Below are positions 9,405-18,743 of a stretch of DNA of 64,000 bases, piece after piece (the stretch's first letter is position 1; every line of letters begins with the position of its first letter). The notes below the pieces were generated by a model that was not told where the DNA came from, did no database searches, and saw only the letters and a program-made list of their open reading frames with translations. This stretch comes from Candidatus Ratteibacteria bacterium (GTDB lineage Bacteria; Ratteibacteria; UBA8468; MWAK01): contig JBAZEZ010000005.1 in the NCBI GenBank assembly GCA_041653615.1, positions 23,289 through 87,288 of the forward strand. Reading direction: 5' to 3'. The position numbers and the translations under genes were made by a program.

Positions 9405-9592
9405 CGTTGTTGAAACTCCGCCCGGAAGGCGTGTTATAATAAAAGTTAAAGATGAGTTCAAAATCGGGAAGCGGAAACGATTTCCTTGGTTGCCTGTTCT
9501 GGTTTGTCTGCCTTTTTCTGGCCATATTTATCCCCCTGATGATAATTACCCATCACCATCATCGGTGGCATTTTTAATACGGCTCATTTTCG

Positions 9593-9889
9593 ATGTCAAC
9601 AATTGACATAACCGTTGCCCACTGCTTTTCCCAGGACGAAGCCCTCCGGCGCACTCGCGGCTTATTGGAAAGAATACAAAAACAATTTGCCGGTGCAATT
9701 AACGACCTTCAACAGGAATGGAATGGAAACACCGGCACGTTCGGTTTTTCCGTGATGGGGTTGTCCATATCCGGAAAACTGTACGTGGAGCCGTCCGAAG
9801 TAAAACTTACAGCCGACCTTCCTTTCGCGGCGGTCTTCTTTAAAGATAAAATTGAGTCGGTTATCCGGGAACAGTTGGAGAATTTATAA
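9593..9889 (+). CDS. small protein resembling the putative polyhydroxyalkanoic-acid system protein family
   Basis: The 98-aa ORF MSTIDITVAHCFSQDEALRRTRGLLERIQKQF... resembles that family in length and pattern. The assignment is weak and from memory. Confidence 0.3.
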   Translation: MSTIDITVAHCFSQDEALRRTRGLLERIQKQFAGAINDLQQEWNGNTGTFGFSVMGLSISGKLYVEPSEVKLTADLPFAAVFFKDKIESVIREQLENL

Positions 9890-9931
9890 ACAGTACTCCG
9901 TGACGACTGTCATTGCGAGGAGCGAAGCAAC

Positions 9932-10177
9932 GTGGCAATCCCAACCTTGGAAAACGGGTTCTTTACCAGAATCTTCGGTTCCGGCGAGACGCTTTTAAGC
10001 TTTGATACTTATCAGTTTAAAGATTACTCCAAGGTGGTTGCAACCAGATTTAACCCGGAAGAGAAGTTAAAAAGGCGGAAAGAGGTATTCCCCAAGGATT
10101 GCCAGAAAGCCTTTGAAATGGGCGCTTGCTTTGCAAAGAGGAATGGATTCATGGATTTAAGAAGCTTAAAAAGTTAA
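9932..10177 (+). CDS. hypothetical protein
   Basis: An 81-aa ORF with a GTG start and no recognisable motifs. Confidence 0.2.
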   Translation: MAIPTLENGFFTRIFGSGETLLSFDTYQFKDYSKVVATRFNPEEKLKRRKEVFPKDCQKAFEMGACFAKRNGFMDLRSLKS

Positions 10178-10221
10178 GGGACAATAAACAAGAAGTGATC
10201 GTAATTATTCCCTTTCTATAG

Positions 10222-10740
10222 GTGAAAGTGGAGGTAGATATGGAAAACGGCTTTCGATTATTATTCCAGTTTTTAGCGGCTTTAGCAACTACCTTGGCTG
10301 CCGTTGCGGCTTGGCAAGCAACAAGGGAAACTCAAAAAAAGACCGCTGCTGACATATTAATGAAGATTACAGACGCGTATGCATCTCCTGAAATGTTAAC
10401 CGGCATGAAGCTTTTAAGTGAATGGCAAAAAAACCACGGTGAAAATTTTGCCAAGGTCTTTGGCGAATTACGGAGAAGTAATTATGATGAAATTGAGCAA
10501 ATCGATAAAGCGAGAAGGCGGTTTTCCCATTATTTTCATCAGATTAGATTATTATTGGAATGTGGTTATGTAGATAAATTTTTTGTAAAGAAAACCGTGT
10601 CAAAAGAACAAGTAGAGTTTCTGCTACGAATTATAGAACCATTAGGAAAAAGCTTAAATCCTGACTATGACCAGACCACTTTTAGGACTGTTGAGGCGAT
10701 ATTTTCGAAGGAAAAAATACTGAAATATATGGGTACATAG
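10222..10740 (+). CDS. hypothetical membrane-anchored protein at the edge of the AT-rich island
   Basis: The N-terminal hydrophobic helix LLFQFLAALATTLAAVAAW is followed by a charged helical domain with no known motif. Confidence 0.4.
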   Translation: MKVEVDMENGFRLLFQFLAALATTLAAVAAWQATRETQKKTAADILMKITDAYASPEMLTGMKLLSEWQKNHGENFAKVFGELRRSNYDEIEQIDKARRRFSHYFHQIRLLLECGYVDKFFVKKTVSKEQVEFLLRIIEPLGKSLNPDYDQTTFRTVEAIFSKEKILKYMGT

Positions 10741-11013
10741 ACAGCATTTTTTCGGTTTATGTTATTCTTTAGTTAATTTTTGACCTTCACCGAAAACTTA
10801 GTTTGGAACAGTTCAGATTGATCTTTGAACGCAGAGAAGAAGTATAATTTGAAAGGTAGAAACATTAACAAGAAAAACAGTCTGGATCAGTATCAAATCG
10901 CAAACCAGGAATTAGGTTAATTTGCCCAAAAAGGTTTAAAGACATCAAAGTTTCTGATCTTAATGTAAATTCAAAACCGTGATTATAGAAAAGCGTAGAT
11001 ATTTGACTGAATT

Positions 11014-11940
11014 ATGAATATTTGGCGATTGAACGTAAGAGAGACCCAAATTGAAGAGTGTATAAGAAATCGAAGATTTGCTTTTGATACTCGTCCCAGA
11101 AACCCGGAAATCCACAGAGGAGACGTTCTTCTCCTGCAATTAGTATTAGCCGACGCTAAGAAATTCGGTAAGGAAAGTAACAGAATCGAATTTGTTCTGA
11201 TATTTGATCACTACGAAGAGGATCATGATGGAACAGCAAGCGCTTATTATTGGCCAAGGGCAGGTAAGACATGGCGCTGGATACTTTTCTGCAGTGATGT
11301 TGTACCAACCATCCCTTTTTCTCTAGAAAAACTTTCTGTTTCTGCCAACTATTTTGGTCAAACAAACCCCGTCCGGATTTTAGAAAAGGATGTAAGCAAA
11401 ATTATCCCGTATTTATTGCGCTACGCGGCCCGGCCTATAGAAGAGATCGGAAAGAAGATACACAACATTGTTGTGCATGACGCTGCGGCCGAGTCTAAGC
11501 TTTGGGCTTTGCTGCGAAATAACGATAGGATAGTTGAAGACTTCCCGGACCAGGTTGAATGGGTCACTGTTATCGAGCGGAAAGAGATAAGGCGAAATCC
11601 GGAACTCCCTATTGCACTTAAAGAGCTCTACGATTACAAGTGTCAAGTTTGCAAGGAAGATTTTAAAGGTAAACCTTATTCAGAAACCCATCACGTTATA
11701 TGGCTCTCGCGCGGCGGGGTTGACCACAGTAATAATCTAATTGTAGTCTGTCCCAACCACCATAGAATCATACACGAAACCAAGCCCGACTTTGACAGGC
11801 ACAATCTCGCTTTTGTTTATCCGAATGGTTTTCAGGAACATCTTAAACTTAAGGACCACCTTAAGGATCCGGGTTTGCTGCAGAAGATTATTGAATGGTC
11901 GTCGAAGCGTAATAAAGTAATAGGGAAAGAAAAGACGTGA
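11014..11940 (+). CDS. PUA-like (EVE/ASCH-type) N-terminal domain fused to an HNH endonuclease; candidate modification-dependent (Type IV) restriction enzyme
   Basis: The C-terminus CQVCKEDF...ETHHVIWLSRGGVDHSNNLIVVCPNHHRIIH is a classical HNH (C-x2-C...HH...N...C-x2-HH). The N-terminus MNIWRLNVRE...GDVLLL resembles EVE/PUA-like starts. It sits in a low-GC island. Confidence 0.55.
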   Translation: MNIWRLNVRETQIEECIRNRRFAFDTRPRNPEIHRGDVLLLQLVLADAKKFGKESNRIEFVLIFDHYEEDHDGTASAYYWPRAGKTWRWILFCSDVVPTIPFSLEKLSVSANYFGQTNPVRILEKDVSKIIPYLLRYAARPIEEIGKKIHNIVVHDAAAESKLWALLRNNDRIVEDFPDQVEWVTVIERKEIRRNPELPIALKELYDYKCQVCKEDFKGKPYSETHHVIWLSRGGVDHSNNLIVVCPNHHRIIHETKPDFDRHNLAFVYPNGFQEHLKLKDHLKDPGLLQKIIEWSSKRNKVIGKEKT

Positions 11941-11955
11941 ACGGGTTGGTAATTC

Positions 11956-12911
11956 ATGTTCCCGAGTGAATTTCTTATACCGGCGAAATATATGGATGAT
12001 AACAAAGTAAGGCTCGCGGCGTTCAATTGGTTGGAAAAACAGGTAAAGATTCACGGAGATACGCTTCCGCGGCAACTCTTAGTGGATGGTTTTGTTCTTG
12101 ATGGTCAACGAGTTCCTTTGGTGTCGGTCCAGGGTATATTTAGACCAAAGATTTTATCGGAGATTCCCATATCAATTACAACAACAGCTAAAGGACCTTA
12201 CAAAGATCGGATGAGTTCGGAAGGTCATATCATTTATAGTTACCGCGGTACTAATCTGCAGCACCCTGAAAATATCGGTCTTCGCAAAGCCTTGGAGCGC
12301 GGAATTCCCCTTATATATTTCCATGGGCTTATTCCCGGGAAATATTTTGCGGCTTGGCCTGTTTATATTGTCGGTGATAATCCGCACGATTTGGAGTTCA
12401 GTGTTCTTGTGGATGACAAAATTTATATTAATAGAACAAATATCGTAAGAATAGGCGAAAATCTTTTAGTTCGCGACCAAGAAGAAGAGGGAAGGAGAGA
12501 ATACATCACGACCATGGTAAGACAGCGCTTGCACCAGCGTGGGTTTCGGGAGCGCGTGCTTGAAGCATATCATAACCAGTGTGCCATGTGTCATCTGCGT
12601 CATGTTGAACTTCTGGACGCTGCGCATATTATTTCCGACGGGGAACCGGGAGGCGAACCCGTGGTGAGTACGGAATATCTCTATGCAAATTGCACCATGC
12701 AGTATTTGATAACTTTTTCCTCGGCGTTCGACCCGATTTTGTCATAGAGGTTAGAAAGGACATTCTTGACGAAGAAGATGGACCGATGCTTATGCATGGA
12801 CTAAAGGGTCTTCACGGAAATTATCTTTGGACACCAAAGTCTTTAGATGTTAAGCCCAGCATTGTAAATCTTAAGATCAGGTATGAGAGGTTTATAATAG
12901 GACCGAATTAG
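11956..12911 (+). pseudogene. SRA-like N-terminal domain fused to an HNH_2 nuclease (Type IV restriction-like), disrupted by a 1-nt frameshift near 12670
   Basis: Frame 1 reads ...RGFRERVLEAYHNQCAMCHLRHVELLDAAHIISDGEPGGEPVVS. The HNH_2 motif continues in frame 0 as GISLCKLHHAVFDNFFLGVRPDFVIEV...LMHGL. The sequence agt-ac-gga appears where agt-aac-gga (S-N-G) is expected, so one A is missing. Confidence 0.55.
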
Positions 12912-12935
12912 ACCCTGAATTTTCTTTTGGCTATT

Positions 12936-13433
12936 TTATGGGTAGTTTAACTGGCAGGCGGGTTTAATGCCGCGTTTTTCGTAATACTGCTGGTGGTACT
13001 CTTCGGCCGGGTAGAATTCCTGCGCGGGAACGATTTTTGTGACTATCGGGCTCTTAAACTTTCCTGATTTTTCAAGTTTTTGTTTAGATAACTGAGCTAT
13101 TTTTTCCTGTTCCGGAGTATGGTAGAAGATGACGGAATGGTATTGCGGCCCCATATCCGGGCCCTGGCGGTTTGGGGTGGTTGGGTCGTGCATTTTCCAG
13201 AAGAGGTCCAGGAGTTGCTGGTAAGATACTTGGCTTGGGTCGTATTCCAACTGCACAACCTCCGCGTGTCCGGTCTTTTTGGTTGAGACCTCTTCGTAGG
13301 TGGGATTTTTCAGGGTTCCGCCCATGAAGCCGACCGTAGTTTTGACCACCCCTTTTAATTGGCGGAACGTTGATTCCGTACCCCAAAAGCAGCCGGAGCC
13401 GAAAGTTGCCGTTTCAAAAGGCGCCGATTTCAT
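12936..13433 (-). CDS. msrA: peptide methionine sulfoxide reductase MsrA
   Basis: [13 protein letters not shown] is the MsrA active-site motif (GCFWG). Confidence 0.9.
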   Translation of the reverse strand: MKSAPFETATFGSGCFWGTESTFRQLKGVVKTTVGFMGGTLKNPTYEEVSTKKTGHAEVVQLEYDPSQVSYQQLLDLFWKMHDPTTPNRQGPDMGPQYHSVIFYHTPEQEKIAQLSKQKLEKSGKFKSPIVTKIVPAQEFYPAEEYHQQYYEKRGIKPACQLNYP

Positions 13434-13599
13434 ATCTGACAGTATAACATGAAGCTATATTTTTACGGAACTGGATTCCCGCTTAAAACATGCGGGAATG
13501 ACATGATTTGTTTGCAGGAATGACAGCATTTGCCGGACAAGTGAGTTTGGGGGAAAGTATGATAAAATATGCGGTAATAACAGAGTATTTACATAGCGT

Positions 13600-14739
13600 A
13601 TGAACCTACTATACATCGCTTTCAAAAACCTGTGGCACCGAAAAGTGCGCACCTTTTTGACCATATTCGGTGTCGGCGTCAGCATCGCCGCGTTTGTGTC
13701 TTTAAGGGGCTTGGCGGTGAGCATGGTGGAAGCCTTCCGGACGACTTACCAAGAACGCGGAACCGACCTGGTTGTTTTGGAAAAAGGCAGTTTTGACCTT
13801 TTGTCCAGCCGGCTGGATGAAAGCTTCGTTGATAAGATTAAGGCGGTTCCGGAGGTTTTAAGCGTAAACCCCGTGCTTCTTGATATCACGATTACGAATT
13901 TTATGAATTATATCCTGATATACGGCTGGGAAGCGCATTCCAACCTTTTTTCCAACCTGAAGATAACCGGGAAGGCGCCGGTCAATGAGCATGACGCGAT
14001 AATCGGGGCGATGCTGGCTAAAAAGCTTAATAAAAAGATAGGGGACAGTGTGGATGTAAGGGGAACCGCTTTTACGCTGACGGGGATTTTCCAGAGCCAA
14101 AGTTTATTTGAGGAAGGCAGCGTCATCGTGCTTCTTCCGGTGCTCCAGCGCATTAAAAAAATGGAGCATCAGGTTACCTTGTTGAACATTTCCCTTCGGA
14201 AAGGTTTGAAACCCAATAAATGGTTTGTTTTTAAAGAGGAGAAGCCGGATAAACAGGTGCAACTGCGCATAAGCCAGCTTGTGCCGGAAGGGGAAGTGAA
14301 GGACCTGGAGGGGATTGTTTCTTCGGAGAATATCCTGGCTATTTTCTCAAAATTCAGCTGGGCGGTATCGATTGTGGCTTTTATTATCGCCATCCTGGGG
14401 ATAGCCAATAACATGATTACTTCGGTGCTGGAACAAACCAGGGAGATAGGCGTTCTGCTGGCCATCGGCTGGAGAAAAACCCGGATAGTTTCCCTGATTT
14501 TGTATGAATCGACGTTGTTGGGACTGATGGGGGGCGCGATGGGTCTGTTCCTGGGATATGTGACCATCAGGATTTTTGCCTCGATGCTTCAGATGCAGAG
14601 TATTTCTAATATCAGCCTGGATTTTCTGTTTGTGGTGAAAGCAATCGCCGCTTCGCTTGTGTTGGGCTTATTGTCGGGTATCTATCCGGCCCTGAGGGCT
14701 GTTTCCATACAGCCCATCGAGGTATTGCGTTATGAATAG
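13600..14739 (+). CDS. ABC transporter permease, FtsX/MacB/LolC-like
   Basis: The N-terminal TM is followed by a large periplasmic domain and three C-terminal TM helices. The FtsX-like pattern ...GIANNMITSVLEQTREIGVLLAIG... is present. Confidence 0.8.
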   Translation: MNLLYIAFKNLWHRKVRTFLTIFGVGVSIAAFVSLRGLAVSMVEAFRTTYQERGTDLVVLEKGSFDLLSSRLDESFVDKIKAVPEVLSVNPVLLDITITNFMNYILIYGWEAHSNLFSNLKITGKAPVNEHDAIIGAMLAKKLNKKIGDSVDVRGTAFTLTGIFQSQSLFEEGSVIVLLPVLQRIKKMEHQVTLLNISLRKGLKPNKWFVFKEEKPDKQVQLRISQLVPEGEVKDLEGIVSSENILAIFSKFSWAVSIVAFIIAILGIANNMITSVLEQTREIGVLLAIGWRKTRIVSLILYESTLLGLMGGAMGLFLGYVTIRIFASMLQMQSISNISLDFLFVVKAIAASLVLGLLSGIYPALRAVSIQPIEVLRYE

Positions 14740-15400
14740 CGGGTTTATCGTAGAAGCGAAAAACCTTTCCAAATTTTACGAGAACGGCCGGGTGGCCGCT
14801 TTGAGTGAAATCAATTTACAGGTAACAAACGGTGAGTTTTTGACGATAAGAGGGTCCAGCGGCAGCGGAAAATCAACGCTGCTGCATCTTTTGGGCGGCC
14901 TTGATTTGCCTACCAAAGGCGAAATTTATTTTGAGGACAAAAACCTTAAAGATATGGTCCGGCAAAGCAAGTTCCGGATAAATAACATCGGTTTTGTCTT
15001 CCAGACTTTTTATCTCTGGCCGATTCTGAACGTGCTGGAAAATGTTTTGCTGCCGTTGCTTGAATCCGATTTTGACAAGAAAGAAAGAATCAAGAAAGCG
15101 GATTTACTGATTAATATGGTAGGGCTTGAAGGCAAGCGGCTTTTTGCCGTGAATAAGCTTTCGGTGGGAGAAAGGCAGCGCGTAGCGATAGCCAGGGCGC
15201 TGGTGATGGGCCCGAAATTATTGCTCGCGGATGAACCGACCGGCAGCCTTGATTCCAAAAACAAGGAAAACGTGCTTGATATCTTCCTGAGGGTGAACCG
15301 GGAAAAGAAGACCACGATAATCATGGCGACCCACGAAACCGGCAAATCATATCAATTCAGCCGGAGCATTGAACTTTTAGACGGAAGGATTATCGCTTAA
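14732..15400 (+). CDS. ABC transporter ATP-binding protein (MacB/LolD-like)
   Basis: GSSGSGKST is a Walker A motif. [15 protein letters not shown] is an ABC signature. [12 protein letters not shown] is a Walker B motif. Confidence 0.85.
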   Translation: MNSGFIVEAKNLSKFYENGRVAALSEINLQVTNGEFLTIRGSSGSGKSTLLHLLGGLDLPTKGEIYFEDKNLKDMVRQSKFRINNIGFVFQTFYLWPILNVLENVLLPLLESDFDKKERIKKADLLINMVGLEGKRLFAVNKLSVGERQRVAIARALVMGPKLLLADEPTGSLDSKNKENVLDIFLRVNREKKTTIIMATHETGKSYQFSRSIELLDGRIIA

Positions 15401-15419
15401 ACATAAAGGAGACCGCGCG

Positions 15420-16595
15420 ATGCCCGGAATGAAAAAATGGCAGCATAATCTGGTCAGGAACAGCATGGACAAGTACCGCCAGGCCTTGGAGAATTACTAC
15501 ATCAAGGACAAGCAGCTGGTGGAGGTTGGCGGCGGCTATAAGGCTTTTTCGCTCTTAAGCCCTCCCATCGGCTCGCCCGCGGCCAAACGCAGAATCCGTT
15601 TTATCATAAAAAACATCTCCGATAAGAATACCGTTGTCGAGGGTGAAGGGATCGTTTCTCCGGGCAAGCGGACTCCGCATTTTATCACTATCGCCGTTAC
15701 TTACGACTGCCAATGTGATTGCAGCCATTGTTCGGCCCATTCCTATAAAGAGAAAGTCGGGCAGGATAACGACCAGTTAACCATACCCGAACTGAAGGGA
15801 GTTGTAAACCAGGCGATTGACATCGGCAGTACCTGCGTCATTTTTACCGGCGGGGAGCCGCTGCTGGTGGACGGAATATTTGACCTTATCCGATCGGTCG
15901 ATAAGCGAAAGGCGGTCTGCACAATTTTTACCAACGGCGAATTTCTGGATAAAAAAACCGTCGCAAAACTGAAAAAAGCCAAACTGTTCGGTATTTTTGT
16001 AAGCCTGGATTTTGCCGATGCCGACAAACATGACGCTAACAGGCAGAGAGACGGTCTGTTTAAAAAAGCCGTCGCGGGGATAAATCTGTGCCGGGAAAAC
16101 GGGATACTTACGGGCATCTCGACTTTTGCCACCAAAGAAAAGATTGTCAGCGGCCAGCTGGATGATATTATGGAGTTGGGGAAAAAGCTGAATGTCCTGG
16201 AAGTGTTTATCTTTGATGTTATCGCGACCGGCAAGTTGAATTCGGAACAGGCCTGCATGCTGGACGAAGAGGATGTCGGCGCGATCAAGAAATTCCGGCA
16301 GAAGTATAATTCAAGGCCGGATTACCCGCGCATAATACATCAGACGATGTTTACCAGCATCGCTTATCCGTGTGTTTCGGAAGGATGCCCCGCCGGCGTG
16401 GCGCAGATGCATGTCCGCGGCAACGGAAATGTTTGTCCCTGTGATTTCACCCCGCTTTCTTTTGGGAATGTCCGCCAGAAAAAGCTAAGCGATATTTGGA
16501 AAGCGATTACCGAGGATGAACTATATTCCAAGGCGTCGAAAGTCTGTCGACTCTCCGACAAAGATTTTCTAAGAAGAATATCACCGCAGGTATAA
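15420..16595 (+). CDS. radical SAM protein with C-terminal SPASM/twitch domain
   Basis: YDCQCDCSHC contains a CxxxCxxC motif. The C-terminal Cys-rich CVSEGCPAGVAQMHVRGNGNVCPCDF is typical of SPASM domains. A roughly 90-aa N-terminal extension precedes the core. Confidence 0.75.
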   Translation: MPGMKKWQHNLVRNSMDKYRQALENYYIKDKQLVEVGGGYKAFSLLSPPIGSPAAKRRIRFIIKNISDKNTVVEGEGIVSPGKRTPHFITIAVTYDCQCDCSHCSAHSYKEKVGQDNDQLTIPELKGVVNQAIDIGSTCVIFTGGEPLLVDGIFDLIRSVDKRKAVCTIFTNGEFLDKKTVAKLKKAKLFGIFVSLDFADADKHDANRQRDGLFKKAVAGINLCRENGILTGISTFATKEKIVSGQLDDIMELGKKLNVLEVFIFDVIATGKLNSEQACMLDEEDVGAIKKFRQKYNSRPDYPRIIHQTMFTSIAYPCVSEGCPAGVAQMHVRGNGNVCPCDFTPLSFGNVRQKKLSDIWKAITEDELYSKASKVCRLSDKDFLRRISPQV

Positions 16596-16608
16596 CGGCC
16601 GGGAAAAA

Positions 16609-17595
16609 TTACAAGGACAGGTTAAGGCGGGTGGCCAGGGGCTGGGGAGCAGGGGAGGCGATAATTTCTTGGGCTGGTTTGGTTTTGCCGTACTTGACCG
16701 TTACCCTTTTGGCTTTACTGTCGGAGTATCGGGCGGTGAGGCGGGCGGCCAGGCGGATGGCGGTTTTAGTTTTGGGCCCCTGCAGGATGGTGATGGGGCT
16801 TCCGATGATAGGTACCATAAAAAGATAATCCTCTTTTGGTTTTAACTTCCGCAGGGATTCATTCTCTCCGTGGTCTCTCCCGACGATAATCCTATTTTTG
16901 TGATACCGGAAATGGCGGCCGAATTTGAGCAGTTCGATGTCATTCCAGGTGATTTGTTTTTTGCGTTGGAAAAGGTCTTTCAGTTTTTTGGCGAATTGTT
17001 CCATGGTCAGAAGGCAGCCGCCGCCGGCGCAGGCGTAGTCGTTGACGGAAAATTCACCGGCAATCTCCATCTGGGGTTTGCGGCTCCGGCCTTCGATTGA
17101 CAGCAGTTTCCGCCGGTCCACCCAGCCCTTTTTTTCCGGTTCGGTTTCGGCCAGGAGTTTTGCGGAGAGAGGGCGCAGTATCCTGCCGACCAAGCCGGCC
17201 TCTTTTTCCACAATCCTTAATGCCGGCATGCGCTGGGACATGGGACGCTGGCCCAGGACTTCGCCGGTTACGATGAATTTGGCGCCCATTTTTTTGCCCA
17301 TTTGCCAGGCCTTGCGGAACATGAAGGCGTGACAGTCTATGCAGGGGTTGATGGCGGAACCGTAGCCGTGTTTAGGGTTTCGGAGCATCTTTAGATAATC
17401 CTGGCGGAGGGGTATGTTTTTAAAAGGGATGTTGAGTTTTTCCGCAATTCGGGCCGGGTATTTTTTTTCGTTGCCCCAGAAAATAGAGGCAAAGTGGACG
17501 GCGGTCAGGGCGACGCCCTGGTCTTTGATTAGTTTAGCGGCCAGGGCGGAGTCGAGGCCGCCGGAGACAAGGACGAGGGCGCGGATTTTTTTCAT
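16609..17595 (-). CDS. PP-loop ATP pyrophosphatase, ThiI/MnmA-like tRNA thiolation family
   Basis: KIRALVLVSGGLDSALAA is a PP-loop SGGxDS motif. ...FIVTGEVLGQRPMSQ resembles ThiI. The start is set at MKKIRAL. Confidence 0.55.
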   Translation of the reverse strand: MKKIRALVLVSGGLDSALAAKLIKDQGVALTAVHFASIFWGNEKKYPARIAEKLNIPFKNIPLRQDYLKMLRNPKHGYGSAINPCIDCHAFMFRKAWQMGKKMGAKFIVTGEVLGQRPMSQRMPALRIVEKEAGLVGRILRPLSAKLLAETEPEKKGWVDRRKLLSIEGRSRKPQMEIAGEFSVNDYACAGGGCLLTMEQFAKKLKDLFQRKKQITWNDIELLKFGRHFRYHKNRIIVGRDHGENESLRKLKPKEDYLFMVPIIGSPITILQGPKTKTAIRLAARLTARYSDSKAKRVTVKYGKTKPAQEIIASPAPQPLATRLNLSL

Positions 17596-17638
17596 AGTGT
17601 GCGTTTTGGACGCAGGTCCCGTTTTAACTGTAGTTGCC

Positions 17639-17695
17639 GAGCTTGCTCGGCGTTTTAAAAGAGCCAACCAAGGTTGGCGCCTACAAATTTTTGTG
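17639..17695. repeat. REP-like hairpin pair (ACCGAGCttgGCTCGG; GCCAACCaaGGTTGGC) downstream of cysK
   Basis: The tgtagttgccgagcttgctcggc part matches 1081-1104. The palindromes are visible directly. Confidence 0.5.
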
Positions 17696-18628
<933 letters not shown>

Positions 18629-18641
18629 GTGACCCCCTTTG

Positions 18642-18743
18642 TTGGACGCAGATTACCGCAGATACAGATTAAAGATTGTTTTAGCGAATTACCAAAAAAT
18701 GCTCTTTTGCATTATCCTGCTGTTTCTGCGTATATCTGCGTCC
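18642..18743. mobile_element. MITE-like element, family A, copy 1 (TIR TTGGACGCAGAT ... ATCTGCGTCC)
   Basis: Terminal inverted repeats are perfect, with shared internal blocks (cgcagata, cagattaaaga, ctgcgtatatctgcgtcc). The other copies are at 21999-22122, 29832-29963 and 45482-45598. Confidence 0.7.
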
